Shown: one piece after another, positions 8,663 through 19,148 of the stretch
Numbering within the stretch: the first letter of the stretch is position 1
Layout of the letters: the number at the start of each line of letters is the position of its first letter
Source of the DNA: an uncultured Chloroflexia bacterium
GTDB taxonomy: Bacteria; Chloroflexota; Anaerolineae; JAAYZQ01
Reading direction: 5' to 3'
Length of the DNA: 64,000 bases
Assembly (NCBI GenBank): GCA_963700285.1
Contig: CAVOXA010000001.1
Coordinates: 256,001-320,000, forward strand
The notes under the pieces: generated by a model
Database searches by the model: none
Told to the model about the DNA's origin: nothing
What the model saw: only the letters and a program-made list of their open reading frames with translations
Made by a program: the position numbers and the translations under genes

Positions 8663-9313
8663 ATGGAACCTTTGACCATTGCCCTGCCCAAGGGCCGCTT
8701 GCTCGCCCCGGCGGCTGGCCTCTTTCAGAGCCTGGGCTGGCGCTGTGACCTGGGAAATGGCTCCCGGCAGTTGCAGGTCACCGAGTCCCGGGGATCCGGC
8801 GCTTCTCGCGAGAGCCTTCGCTTCCTGCTGGTCAAGCCCGGTGACGTGCCGGTCTATGTCGAATATGGCGCGGCCGACCTGGGCATCGCCGGCCAGGACG
8901 TGCTCTGGGAAAGCGGCCGGGACGTGTACCAGCCACTGCAGCTTGGCTTTGGCCGCTGCCGGCTGGTGCTGGCGGGAACCCCCGCCCAGCAGGACCGGGA
9001 TTTTCGGCTGGCGGCCGGCTTGCGGGTGGCGACCAAGTACCCGCGCCAGACGCGCGCTTACTTTCAGCGCAACGGGCTCTCGGCGGAAATCATCCCTCTC
9101 ACTGGCTCCATCGAGCTTGCCCCGCTGGTGGGCCTCGCCGACCTGGTGGTGGACGTGGTCGAAACCGGCTGCACGCTCCGGGAGAACGGCCTGGTAGAGC
9201 TGGAAGAGATTGCGACCTGTCAGGCGGTCCTCATCGTCAACCGCGTGTCCCATCGCTTGCACCTGGCGGAGGTAAGGGACCTGCTGGCCCGGCTGAACGC
9301 GGAACTGGCTTGA
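8663..9313 (+). CDS. hisG: ATP phosphoribosyltransferase, short form
   Basis: TIALPKGRL, DVPVYVEYGAADLGIAG, RVATKYP, GSIELAPLVGLADLVVDVVETG. Confidence 0.95.
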   Translation: MEPLTIALPKGRLLAPAAGLFQSLGWRCDLGNGSRQLQVTESRGSGASRESLRFLLVKPGDVPVYVEYGAADLGIAGQDVLWESGRDVYQPLQLGFGRCRLVLAGTPAQQDRDFRLAAGLRVATKYPRQTRAYFQRNGLSAEIIPLTGSIELAPLVGLADLVVDVVETGCTLRENGLVELEEIATCQAVLIVNRVSHRLHLAEVRDLLARLNAELA

Positions 9314-9559
9314 CCTGGCATATGATACCGAATCAAGAGGATTTATCGAATCACTGGCACTTTTGGGACAAAGTTTGCCCAAAGCATGTTTCCCCTTGCT
9401 CCAGGCAGGTCCGTAGCCTGCCGGGGCTGCTGCCAGGGAGCATTGCTGGCCACGGAACGGCCTGGTCACGGACCAGGCCGGAGCATGAAAGAATCCAGGA
9501 AAGTAGCGAAACTTGATTAAAGACCCGACGGGTCTGTCCATAGATTTTGGAGGTAGCGT

Positions 9560-10896
9560 GTGAGCATTCGAATCATCAACGGGGTCGCGGCCGCCCGGGC
9601 ACACCTTGACGCCCTGCGCGCTGGGGGGAAACAGCCCTTCCAGAGCAAGTAGCCGCCCGGCTGCACGCGCTCTTTGGCCGCCAGATCTCGGCCGAGGAAG
9701 CGGTGGCCCGGATCGTGGCTGACGTCCGGCGCGACGGCGATGCCGCGCTGCGGGAGTACGGCCGGCGCATCGATGGCGTAGCGCTCGAGTCGCTGGTCCT
9801 GGACGGGGCAGCGGTCGCCGCGGCCTATGAGGCTGTGCCGGCCCGGCTGCGCGAGGCGCTGTACCTGGCCGCGGATCGGATCCGGGTTTTCCACCAGCGA
9901 GAGCCCCGGCAGTCGTGGCTGGAATGGGACGGGTCTGGTGGCGGGCTGGGACAGATCATCCGCCCCCTGCGCCGCGTGGGCGTCTATGCGCCGGGCGGTA
10001 CCGCGGCCTATCCCTCTTCGCTGCTGATGGCCGCCATCCCCGCCCAGGTGGCAGGGGTGGAGGAGATCGTGGTGGCCACGCCGCCTTTTGAGAGAAAACT
10101 GGACCAGTCTAGCCCAGTATTTTCCATCCTGGCCGCGGCCCACGTGGCGGGGGTGGACCGGGTGCTGCTTGCCGGCGGGGCGCAGGCTATCGCCGCGCTG
10201 GCCTATGGTACTGAAAGCGTCCCGCGCGTGGACAAGGTGGTCGGTGCCGGTGGCCTGTTTGTCACCCTAGCCAAAAAACTGGTCTATGGCGACGTGGGCA
10301 TCGACGGCCTCTATGGCCCTACCGAGACGCTGCTCATCGCCGATGATGCCGCGGATCCCGCCGTGGTGGCCGCGGACTTGTTGGCTCAGGCGGAACACGA
10401 TCCCCTGGCCACCGCGCTGCTGATCACGCCATCGGCCTCGCTGGCCGAGGCGGTGCGGGTTGAGGTGGGCGGACAATTGGCCTCGCTGGCGCGGCGGGAG
10501 ATCATCGAGGCCTCGCTGGCGGGTCAGGGGGCGATCCTGGTCGTCGATGACCTGGATCAGGCCCTGGCGCTGGCCAACGAGTACGCGCCGGAGCACCTGT
10601 GCCTGCTGGTGGCCGAGCCCTGGCCGCTGGTCGGCCGCGTACAGAACGCCGGCGGCGTTTTTGTGGGCGAGGGCTCGTCGGAGGCCCTGGGCGACTATGT
10701 CGTCGGCCCCAGCCACATCATGCCCACGCGGGGAACGGCGCGCTTTGCCTCGCCGCTGCACGTGAGGGATTTCCTAAAGGTGACGAGCCTCTTTGCCGCG
10801 GGACAGATGGCCCCAGACGTGGCCTCGGCCGCGCGAACCATCGCCAAAGCCGAAGGTTTGACCGCGCACGCCGCCGCGGTGGCTGCACGGCGCTAG
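9560..10896 (+). CDS. hisD: Histidinol dehydrogenase (apparent indel ~9620 near a G run)
   Basis: GTG 9560 after GGAGG; VGVYAPGGTAAYPSSLLM, GGAQAIAALAYGTE, GPTE, QAEHD, APEHL, GDYVVGPSHIMPT. Confidence 0.93.
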
Positions 10897-10982
10897 CCGA
10901 GGTTGCTCGCGCTGGACCACAGTCCAGCGCTGGAGGCGCAGAAACCGGCGGATTGCGGTCCGAATCAAGCGGAGGGAACGGA

Positions 10983-12792
10983 ATGGATATTGAGTCAATG
11001 ATCAGCCCCCACGTGCAGGGCTTGGAACCGTACCAGCCGCCCGACTGGATGGAGATGGCCACCGGCGCCGGCGTGGCGCCGGACCAACTTGTCCGGTTGG
11101 ACGCCAATGAGAATCCCTACGGCCCCTCCCCCCGCACCATCGAGGCGCTGGCCTGCTTTCAGGGCTATGGCTACTACCCTGACTACCGGGCGCTGCAAGG
11201 CGCCGTGGCCCGCTATGCGGGCGTGGAGCCGGAGAACGTGGTCCTGGGCAGCGGCGGCGACGAGAACATTGACCTGGTGGTGCGCCTTTTCGTCGAGCCT
11301 GGCCAGGGGGTGATCGTCTGCCCGCCGGCTTTTGGCGTATACGCGACCAGTACCCTGGCGCACCGCGGCCGGTTGCTCAGCCTGCCCCGTCTGGCCGATT
11401 TCAGCCTGGATGTGGCGGGCATCGAGGCGCTGGCCGCGGGCGAGGGCGCAGAGAGTGACGAGGGCGAGCGGGCACGGCCCAAGCTGTTGTTTGTGACCTC
11501 GCCGGGCAACCCGGACGGGCAGGTGATCCCCCCGGAGACAATCCGCCGATTGCTGGACCTGCCACTGGCCGTCGTCGTGGATGAAGCCTACATCGAATTC
11601 GGCGGGCAGAGTGTCGTGCCCCTCTTGGAGGAACGTGCCAATCTGCTCGTGTTGCGCACCTTTAGCAAATGGGCGGGCATGGCCGGCCTGCGCCTGGGCT
11701 ATGCCCTGGTTTCACCCGAGGTCGGCCGGGCCATGGCCCGGCTGCGACCACCCTACAATGTCAATGCCGCTGCTGTTGTCGCCGCGCTGGCTACTTTCGA
11801 AGACATGGCCCCGGTGACGGCCAATCTGGACCGCATCATCGCCGAGCGCCAGCGGTTGTACGCGGCCCTGGTGCGATCTGCCCGGCGTGCGGCCCTTGCC
11901 TAGCCAGGCCAACTTTGTCTTCTGCCGGCTCAAGGACCGCTCCGGGCGGCAAGTGGCCCATCTGCTGGCTCAGCGGGGCATCCTGGTGCGCAGTTTCTCC
12001 GATCCATCTCTGGCCGATGCCCTGCGCATCTCGGTGGGCCGCCCGGAGCAGAATGACGCCGTGATCGCCGCCCTGTGGGCCGAACTCGGAGTAGAAGGTG
12101 CGGCACCGCCGCTGTCAGCGGTGGCCCCCCTGTCAGCAGGGCCGCCACTGTCGAAAGTGGCGCCTCTTCCAGGCAATTACAGATCCGCGCTGCCTGGTCG
12201 TCTGGCAGTACGTAGTGGGTACATCAAGCGCCAGACCGGCGAGACGGATGTGTCTGTGAGCCTGGACCTCGATGGTACGGGTTGCTACCAGGTCGATACC
12301 GGCCTGAGGTTCCTCGATCACATGCTGGCCCAGTTGGCTTCGCACGGCCTCTTTGACCTGGAGGTACAGGCGCGGGGAGACCTTGAAATCGATGAGCATC
12401 ATACGGTCGAGGACGTGGCCATCGGGCTGGGACAGGCGCTGGACAAAGCCCTGGGCGCCCGGCAGGGGATCGTGCGCATGGGGCAGTCCTACGCACCGTT
12501 GGACGAGGCGCTGGCCCGCGTGGTCGTGGATCTGAGCGGGCGCCCCTACGCCGTCATCGAGGCCGAGTTTGAGACGCCCAGCCTCGGCGCGGTGGGTACG
12601 GACCTGATCATCCATTTCCTGGAGACCCTGGCCTTCCAGGCGCGCATCAGCCTGCACGCCCGGGTGTTGTATGGGCGCAACGATCACCACAAGGCCGAGG
12701 CGCTGTTCAAGGCGCTGGGCCGGGCCCTGGATGCCGCTACGCGCCTGGATCCCCGCCGGCAGGGGGTGCCATCTACCAAAGGAGTGTTGTGA
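10983..12792 (+). CDS. hisC-hisB: Fused histidinol-phosphate aminotransferase / imidazoleglycerol-phosphate dehydratase (HisC-HisB); apparent indel ~11870
   Basis: HisC motifs [31 protein letters not shown]. The ORF 11887-12792 carries the HisC C-terminus ([18 protein letters not shown]) in frame with IGPD ([34 protein letters not shown]). Confidence 0.85.
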
Positions 12793-12793
12793 G

Positions 12794-14368
12794 ATGCGCG
12801 CTATCTTGAGTGTGTCAGAAAAGACAGGCATCGACCTGTTGGGCCGTGGGCTGGTCGAGCTGGGGGCAGAGATCTATTCCACCGGCGGCACGATGCGCGC
12901 GCTGGAGGCTGCCGGCGTACCGGTGCGCGCCGTGAGCGAGTTGATCGGCTTTCCCGAGATCCTGGGCGGCAGGGTCAAGACGCTGCACCCCGCCCTCCAT
13001 GGTGGCATCCTGGCTCGCCGCGACGTGGCCGCCGATCTGGAAGAGCTGAGCGAACATGGCCTCAGTACCATCGACCTGGTGGCCGTCAACCTCTATCCCT
13101 TTGAGGCGGCGGTGGCGCGGCCGGGCATCAGCCTGTCCGACGCGCTGGAGCAGATCGATATTGGTGGGCCGGCGATGCTGCGGGCCGCAGCCAAGAACTA
13201 CCGGGCGGTGCTGCCCCTGTGCGACCCCGCCGACTATCCTGCGGTCCTGGACGCGCTGCGCCGGCCGGGCGGGCCTGACGAGGCATTCCGGCGTGGGCTG
13301 GCGGCCAAGGCATTTCGCCATACGGCTTGCTACGACGCCCTCATCGCCGCCTACCTGGGCCGGAGCAGCGATCCCTGGCCTGCCAAACTGCCGCTGAGCC
13401 TGAGCCAGGTACAGAAGCCGCGCTATGGCGAGAATCCCCAGCAGCGGGCGGCCTTCTACGTGGTCAACTGGCCCTCCGGGGGCGTCAGCGGCCTGGCCGC
13501 GGCGCGGCAATATCAGGGCAAGCCCCTGTCCTACAATAACCTCCTGGACGCCGACGCGGCCTGGATCGTGGCCAGCGATTACCAGCCGGTGACGGTGGCC
13601 ATCATCAAGCATACGAATCCCTGCGGTCTGGCCCAGGTCGACGATGCCGGCGGGCTCGAGTTGTCCACGCTGGCGGCCTATGACCTGGCCCTGGCCGGTG
13701 ACCCGCAGGCCGCCTTTGGCGGCATCGTGGCTGTGAATGTACCGGTGGGCGGCGCGCTGGCCCGGCGCCTGACCGAGCGATTCTACGAGATCGTCCTGGC
13801 CCCCGAGTTCAGCGCCGAGGCGAGGGACATCTTGGGCGCGCGGCCGAACCTGCGCGTGCTGGCCATGCCGTACAAGCTGGCCGAGGAGCTGCAATGGCGG
13901 AGCGTGCCCGGCGGCCTGCTGGTCCAGGAGCCCGACCACCTGGGCGATTCGGAGGTGGCTGAGGGCAGGGTGGTGACCCAGCGCCCGCCCAGCGACGAGG
14001 AGTGGATGGCCCTGGCCTTCGCCTGGCGTGCTGTGCGCCACGTCAAGTCCAACGCCATCGTGCTGGCCCGGGGCGAGCGCGGCCCTGACGGCAGCCAGGC
14101 GGCGCTGGTGGGCATGGGCGCTGGCCAGCCCTCGCGGGTGGCCTCCGTCGAGATCGCCGTGGCGCGGGCCGGATCTCGCGCCGCTGGCTCCGTGCTGGCC
14201 TCCGACGCCTTTTTCCCCAAGGCCGATGGCCTGGAGGCCGCGGCCAGGGCTGGGGTGCGGGCCGTCGTCCAGCCAGGCGGATCCCGCGGCGACGGGGAAG
14301 TCATTGCTGCCGCTGACGCGGCGGGCCTGGCCATGGTTTTTACCGGGACGCGGCATTTCAGCCACTGA
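12794..14368 (+). CDS. purH: Bifunctional AICAR transformylase / IMP cyclohydrolase
   Basis: RAILSVSEKTG, GGRVKTLHP, IDIGGP, RYGENPQQ, SYNNLLD, IKHTNPCG, HVKSNAIV, ASDAFFP, RHFSH. Confidence 0.96.
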   Translation: MRAILSVSEKTGIDLLGRGLVELGAEIYSTGGTMRALEAAGVPVRAVSELIGFPEILGGRVKTLHPALHGGILARRDVAADLEELSEHGLSTIDLVAVNLYPFEAAVARPGISLSDALEQIDIGGPAMLRAAAKNYRAVLPLCDPADYPAVLDALRRPGGPDEAFRRGLAAKAFRHTACYDALIAAYLGRSSDPWPAKLPLSLSQVQKPRYGENPQQRAAFYVVNWPSGGVSGLAAARQYQGKPLSYNNLLDADAAWIVASDYQPVTVAIIKHTNPCGLAQVDDAGGLELSTLAAYDLALAGDPQAAFGGIVAVNVPVGGALARRLTERFYEIVLAPEFSAEARDILGARPNLRVLAMPYKLAEELQWRSVPGGLLVQEPDHLGDSEVAEGRVVTQRPPSDEEWMALAFAWRAVRHVKSNAIVLARGERGPDGSQAALVGMGAGQPSRVASVEIAVARAGSRAAGSVLASDAFFPKADGLEAAARAGVRAVVQPGGSRGDGEVIAAADAAGLAMVFTGTRHFSH

Positions 14369-14373
14369 GGCCA

Positions 14374-14556
14374 AGACGGGGACCTGCTGACTGTCATGCC
14401 CGTGTAGGCGGGCATCCATTCTTGCCAGGAGCAGACGGGGCCTGCTATCTGTCGTGCCCGCGTAGGCGGGCATCCATTCTTGCCAGGAGCAGACGGGGCC
14501 CTGCTATCTGTCGTGCCCGCGTAGGCGGGTATCCATTTTTGCCAGGAGCAGACGGG
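14374..14556. repeat. Three tandem 58-59 bp units, each containing a REP palindrome GTCRTGCCCGCGTAGGCGGGCATCCA
   Basis: AGACGGG recurs at 14374, 14433, 14491 and 14550; near-identical units with no variable spacers. Confidence 0.85.
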
Positions 14557-14686
14557 ACACTGCCAAGTGTCAAGCCCGCGCAAGCCTGCCCTCGAGGCTC
14601 GAGGGGCGGGAATGAAAGGCGAGTCGTTGCGGCATTTCCACCGAAATGGATTCTGAGCCGGTGAGGCTAAGGTTGAGGTTAGGATT

Positions 14687-15307
14687 ATGATCGTGATTGT
14701 GGACTATGGCGTCGGCAACCTGCGCAGCGTGCAAAAAGGGCTGGAGCGGGTGGGAGCGGAGGCGGTCGTCAGCGACCACGCGGCCGTGCTAGACGCGGCC
14801 CAGGGAGTGATCCTGCCCGGCGTGGGCGCTTTTGGCGACGGGATGGACAACCTGGTGGCTCGGCGGCTGGTCGAACCGGTGCTGCGTCAGGTGGAGGCCG
14901 GGAAGCCACTGCTGGGCATCTGCTTGGGGATGCAGCTGCTCTTCGACGAGAGCGAGGAGATGGGCCAGCACCAGGGGCTGGGCCTGCTGCCGGGGCGTGT
15001 GGTGCGCTTCCCTGAGGGCGACCTGAAGGTACCCCACATCGGCTGGAACCAACTGGTGGGTATCCGGGGGCCGGTGCTCGAGGGCATCCGGGACGAGTCC
15101 TATGCCTATTTCGTGCACTCTTACTATGCCCTGCCCCAAGAGCCAGCCGACGTCCTGGCCACGACCGAATACGGGTTCGACTTTGCGTCGGTCGTAGGCC
15201 GGGGAAAGGTCTGGGGTGTGCAGTTCCACCCCGAGAAAAGCCAGGAGGTGGGGCTGCGGCTGCTGGAGAACTTTGCCTGGCTTGTTGGCAAGGGAGACCG
15301 GCCATGA
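14687..15307 (+). CDS. hisH: Imidazole glycerol phosphate synthase glutaminase subunit
   Basis: [45 protein letters not shown]. Confidence 0.96.
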   Translation: MIVIVDYGVGNLRSVQKGLERVGAEAVVSDHAAVLDAAQGVILPGVGAFGDGMDNLVARRLVEPVLRQVEAGKPLLGICLGMQLLFDESEEMGQHQGLGLLPGRVVRFPEGDLKVPHIGWNQLVGIRGPVLEGIRDESYAYFVHSYYALPQEPADVLATTEYGFDFASVVGRGKVWGVQFHPEKSQEVGLRLLENFAWLVGKGDRP

Positions 15308-16055
15308 TTGTCCTGCCAGCGATCGACCTGCGGCATGGTCGCTGCGTGCGGCTGCGACAGGGGCGGGCGGAGGACGAGACGGTGTTTGGCGATGATCCCG
15401 CGGCTGTGGCCCGGCGATGGGTCGAGCAGGGAGCGGCATGGCTGCACGTGGTGAACCTGGATGGCGCCTTCGGCGATGCCGCTGGTACGTCGGATAGGCC
15501 CATCAACCTGCGGCGCCTGGCCGAGATCCGCGCCGCCGTGCCAGAGACGCCCATCCAGTTTGGGGGGGAGTGCGCTCACTGGCGGACGTGGAAACAGCCC
15601 TGAGTCTGGGAGCGACGCGCGTGATCCTGGGCACGGTGGCGGTGCAAGATCCAGATCTGGTGGTGGCAGCGGTAGGGCGTTTCGGCGCGGAGCGGATCGT
15701 CGTTGGCATCGATGCCCGCGATGGCCAGGTGGCCACCCACGGCTGGCAGCAAACCAGCGATACGACGGCCGTGGCCCTGGGCCGGGAGATGGTCCGGCAG
15801 GGGCTAAGCCGCGCCGTCTACACCGACATCGCTCGCGATGGCATGCTGACTGGTGTGAACGTCGAGGCCACGGCCACCCTGGCCAGGGAAACGGGGCTGA
15901 AGGTGATCGCCTCGGGGGGCGTAGCTTCCCTGGAGGATGTAGCGCGTCTCAGGGCACGGGTGGACGCCGCGATCGAAGGGGTGATCATCGGCCAGGCGCT
16001 TTATACGGGGGCGGTGTCGTTGCCGGAGGCGATCCGGGAGACAGGCAAGGACTGA
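15304..16055 (+). CDS. hisA: ProFAR isomerase (indel in G run 15562-15568)
   Basis: [32 protein letters not shown]|[28 protein letters not shown]. Confidence 0.93.
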
Positions 16056-16059
16056 AGGC

Positions 16060-16698
16060 TCAGCCAAACCTGCGGGCCAATTCCGCCTCCACGTCGGCCC
16101 AAGCGAGTTCGCGGGCGGCGAGCAATACCAGGGAGTGGTAGGCAAGGTCAGCCAGCTCGCTGACCAGACGTTCGTCGCCCTCACTCTGGGCAGCGATGAT
16201 AACTTCGACGGCCTCTTCGCCCACCTTGCGCAGGATGCGCGGCAGGCCGCTGTCAAAGAGTTCGCAGGTATAGGAACCGGGCTGGGGATTGGCTTTGCGG
16301 TCCTGGATGACGGCCTCCAGGTGGGCCAGCACGCCTCCGGCTGGAGGTGGGGCTCCCACCTGGCGTTGATCCGGGAGGCGCCGGTAAAAGCAGCTCTGCT
16401 GGCCGGTGTGGCAGGCCGGGCCTGAGGGCTCGACGCGCAGCAGCAGGGTATCCGCGTCACAGTCGTAGCGGATCTCCACCACGCGTTGGGTGTTCCCTGA
16501 CGTCGCGCCTTTGTTCCACAGCTCGCCGCGGCTGCGGCTCCAGAACCAGGTCTCGCCGGTCTCGATGGTGCGCTCCAGTGACACTTGATTCATATAGGCC
16601 AGCATCAAGACTTGTCCCGTATTCGCATCTTGTACGATAGCCGGAACCAGTCCCCGTTCGTCCCATCTGATCTGGTTCAACACTTGAATGTCTCCCAT
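16060..16698 (-). CDS. hisIE: Bifunctional PRAMP cyclohydrolase / PRATP pyrophosphatase (start may be GTG 16683)
   Basis: [61 protein letters not shown]. Confidence 0.95.
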   Translation of the reverse strand: MGDIQVLNQIRWDERGLVPAIVQDANTGQVLMLAYMNQVSLERTIETGETWFWSRSRGELWNKGATSGNTQRVVEIRYDCDADTLLLRVEPSGPACHTGQQSCFYRRLPDQRQVGAPPPAGGVLAHLEAVIQDRKANPQPGSYTCELFDSGLPRILRKVGEEAVEVIIAAQSEGDERLVSELADLAYHSLVLLAARELAWADVEAELARRFG

Positions 16699-16771
16699 CT
16701 CTGCATGAGTGTCTAAATGGTTCTCTCGCCAAGTCTCTAATGATCTCGCTGTAGCGCACCGGCCTGAAAGA

Positions 16772-16982
16772 GATACTGTTGGCTTACTACATAATGCATG
16801 GCTGTGCAGCAGACCGCGCGGGGATGAACTCCCCGCGCTACAGAGCAACGCCCCGTGAACGGGGCTGGCTGACTTGATCTGGTCCCTCCCAGCCCGATTC
16901 ATCGGGCGTTGCTCCGTAGACCGGCCACATGGTCGGTCGGTTCTGCTAGCGGGATCACATTATGTAATAGACCAACAGTATC
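16772..16982. mobile_element. Non-autonomous MITE, 211 bp, 25-bp terminal inverted repeats, 8-bp target duplication
   Basis: GATACTGTTGGCTTACTACATAATG (16772-16796) matches the reverse complement of 16958-16982 at 22/25; flanks CTGAAAGA / CCGAAAGA; internal REP-like palindromes. Confidence 0.75.
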
Positions 16983-16992
16983 CCGAAAGAGC

Positions 16993-17061
16993 CGGTGCTA
17001 GGAATTGAAATCGATAGAAATCTTCCCAGCACCGCCTGTTTACGGCGGTGCCGGAATCAAT
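16993..17061. repeat. Structured dispersed repeat, copy 2
   Basis: Homologous to 5494-5558; GCACCGCC-TGTTTAC-GGCGGTGC hairpin. Confidence 0.7.
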
Positions 17062-17135
17062 GTTGCAATGTTGCCGCATACCCCGCGAGATGACCGGCGC
17101 ATCTGGTCTGTGAGAGCGTACCGCTCCTCCCTCCA

Positions 17136-17909
17136 TCATCCTCTCACCGGCACGCCGCGCTCGGCCAAATAGTCCTTCACCTGGCCGACGCTGAGTTGCT
17201 TGTAATGAAAGACCGACGCAACCAGGGCTGCGCTGGCACCGCCTTCGGTCAATGCCTGGAAAAAGTGTTTCAGTTTTCCAGCGCCCCCGGAGGCGATGAC
17301 CGGGATCCGCACACTGCTGGACACGGCCCGCAGGAGGGGGATGTCATACCCATCCAGGGTGCCGTCGGTATCCATGCTGGTGAGCAGGATCTCGCCCGCG
17401 CCCCGGTCCTCGGCCTCCCTGGCCCAGGCGAGGACGTCGCGGCCGGTAGGTATCCGGCCTCCATTGACATAAACTTCCCAGCAGGGCGGTTCGTCGCCGT
17501 TCGCCGGAAGCCGTCTGGCATCGATGGCGACGACCATGCATTGGCTGCCAAAGCGTTTGGCCCCCTGGGTGATTATCTCTGGCTGGCGAACGGCGGCGCT
17601 GTTGATGGAGACTTTGTCGGCCCCGGCGACGAGGATCTCGCGAAAGTCCTCCACGGTCCGCAATCCACCCCCTACGGTGAAGGGGATAAAGACCACGTCG
17701 GCCACCCGGCGTACGACGCTGCGCATGATTTCTCGCCCCTGATGGGTAGCGGTGATATCCAAAAATACGAGTTCATCAGCCCGTTCTTTGTCATAGACCA
17801 CGGCCTGCTCGACGGGATCGCCCGCGTCGCGCAGGTCCAGAAAACGGACGCCCTTCACCACGCGTCCGTCCGTTACATCCAGGCAGGGTATGATACGTTT
17901 GGCCAGCAC
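17136..17909 (-). CDS. hisF: Imidazole glycerol phosphate synthase cyclase subunit
   Basis: [64 protein letters not shown]. Confidence 0.97.
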   Translation of the reverse strand: MLAKRIIPCLDVTDGRVVKGVRFLDLRDAGDPVEQAVVYDKERADELVFLDITATHQGREIMRSVVRRVADVVFIPFTVGGGLRTVEDFREILVAGADKVSINSAAVRQPEIITQGAKRFGSQCMVVAIDARRLPANGDEPPCWEVYVNGGRIPTGRDVLAWAREAEDRGAGEILLTSMDTDGTLDGYDIPLLRAVSSSVRIPVIASGGAGKLKHFFQALTEGGASAALVASVFHYKQLSVGQVKDYLAERGVPVRG

Positions 17910-17948
17910 AGGCTACGCTCCTTGGCTCCCGCTCATCGCCTGCTACCC

Positions 17949-18047
17949 AGGACTGGCAGTCCTTTGGCGATCTGACGGTTAGGCCGCTCATGGTTCAAAG
18001 GACGGGCAATTCTGCGGCGCTGATCTAGCGACAGGACTGCCAGTCCT
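17949..18047. repeat. Pair of 15-bp palindromes AGGACTG(G/C)CAGTCCT in the hisF leader
   Basis: Copies at 17949-17963 and 18033-18047. Confidence 0.6.
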
Positions 18048-18064
18048 CAAAGATTCTGGCCGCT

Positions 18065-18093
18065 ATTCTACCCCATGGCGCGAGAAGATGCAA
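18065..18093 (-). promoter_or_regulatory. Promoter for hisF-hisIE
   Basis: TTGCAT-17 nt-TAGAAT on the minus strand. Confidence 0.55.
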
Positions 18094-18125
18094 GCTGGTT
18101 GGGGCGGTCCTGGCAAAAGCCCGAC

Positions 18126-18611
18126 TCATGAGGTGAAATCACCCACCTCCGCCCCCATGGCGTGCTGCAGATCCTCAGGATCTAGCTCCAGGCCCATGTC
18201 GGGCCGGCCTGAACTGATGATGGCCCTTTCTAGCTCCAGGACGTGCTGGTCCAGGTAGCTGGGGACATTGTCGCGCCGGAAACCCATAACAGAGACGGCG
18301 CCCACCTGGTAGCCGGTCACCCGTTGTACGTCGCGTCCCTGGGCCATGGCCACATTCTTGTCGCCCAAAACCGCGCCGACCTTCTTCAGACTAAGCTGTC
18401 GGTCGCCGGGGACAACAACCAGGGCAAAGTTACCGCCTGAGTGTTGGACGATCATGGCTTTGACCACCCAGGACACAGGGACGTCCAGATCCCCGGCCAC
18501 ACCCTCAGCCGTGAGCTGCTTGCGGGCCTGTTGGCGCGGCTGGTAAGAGATCCCCTTCTCCTCCAGGATACGCATGGGTAGTGTCTTGGCCGTGCCCTTC
18601 TTCTTTGCCAT
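18126..18611 (-). CDS. YbaK/EbsC family aminoacyl-tRNA deacylase
   Basis: VVKAMIV, VVPGDRQLSLKKV, RVTGYQVGAVS, SSGRPDMGLEL; ATG 18611 after GGAGGA. Confidence 0.88.
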   Translation of the reverse strand: MAKKKGTAKTLPMRILEEKGISYQPRQQARKQLTAEGVAGDLDVPVSWVVKAMIVQHSGGNFALVVVPGDRQLSLKKVGAVLGDKNVAMAQGRDVQRVTGYQVGAVSVMGFRRDNVPSYLDQHVLELERAIISSGRPDMGLELDPEDLQHAMGAEVGDFTS

Positions 18612-18936
18612 TTCAGATTCCTCCCCAGTCCTGTTCGAAGCTTCCAATCTGGTTAACGATCCGACCCGCATCTTTTTGAGGGTGTGTGCTCAAGTTGTTG
18701 ATGGTGTCAACTTGCTCACCGACAGGCCAGAGTATAGCATCTGATGGGGACAGAAGGCAATACGCTGTACAGGAATGCTCTGGGCAAAGGAATCTCACCC
18801 TCTCGATCTGGACCGTCACCGGTTCAAGGTGGCATTGCTCTGCGGGCAGGTATCCGATGAGGAAGCCTGAATCATCCCGGCCGGGTGGGGTGCGACTAAC
18901 GTATCAATTTCGGTGGAAATGCCACCGAGCTGACCA

Positions 18937-19148
18937 GTCATTCCCGCGATGCTTGCCTCCGAGGAGGCGGGGGAGCGGGAATCCACGCCACCAGCAATCG
19001 TCACCGCCGCCGAGTGGATGCCCGCGAGAATCATGCGGGTATGCTCGCCAGAACCATGCGGGCATGACAGGATCCTTGGCGGATGCCCGCCACAGTTTAC
19101 CCCCACGGCGGTGGGGTGGGCAGTCACCCTTCGTCCTTCGCTCAGAGT
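18937..19148. repeat. Cluster of REP-like palindromes
   Basis: GTCATTCCCGCG...GCGGGAATCCA, inverted TGGATGCCCGC...GCGGGCATGAC and CCCCACGGCGGTGGGG; first two are the same family as 14374-14556. Confidence 0.6.

Noticed and set aside
14374-14556. Possible CRISPR array
   Set aside because: The sequences between palindromes are near-identical rather than unique spacers, and there are no cas genes.
8249-14583. Long antisense ORFs (e.g. 8249-9604, 12815-14473, 13783-14583)
   Set aside because: Shadow ORFs of GC-rich his/pur genes and repeats, with no recognisable motifs.
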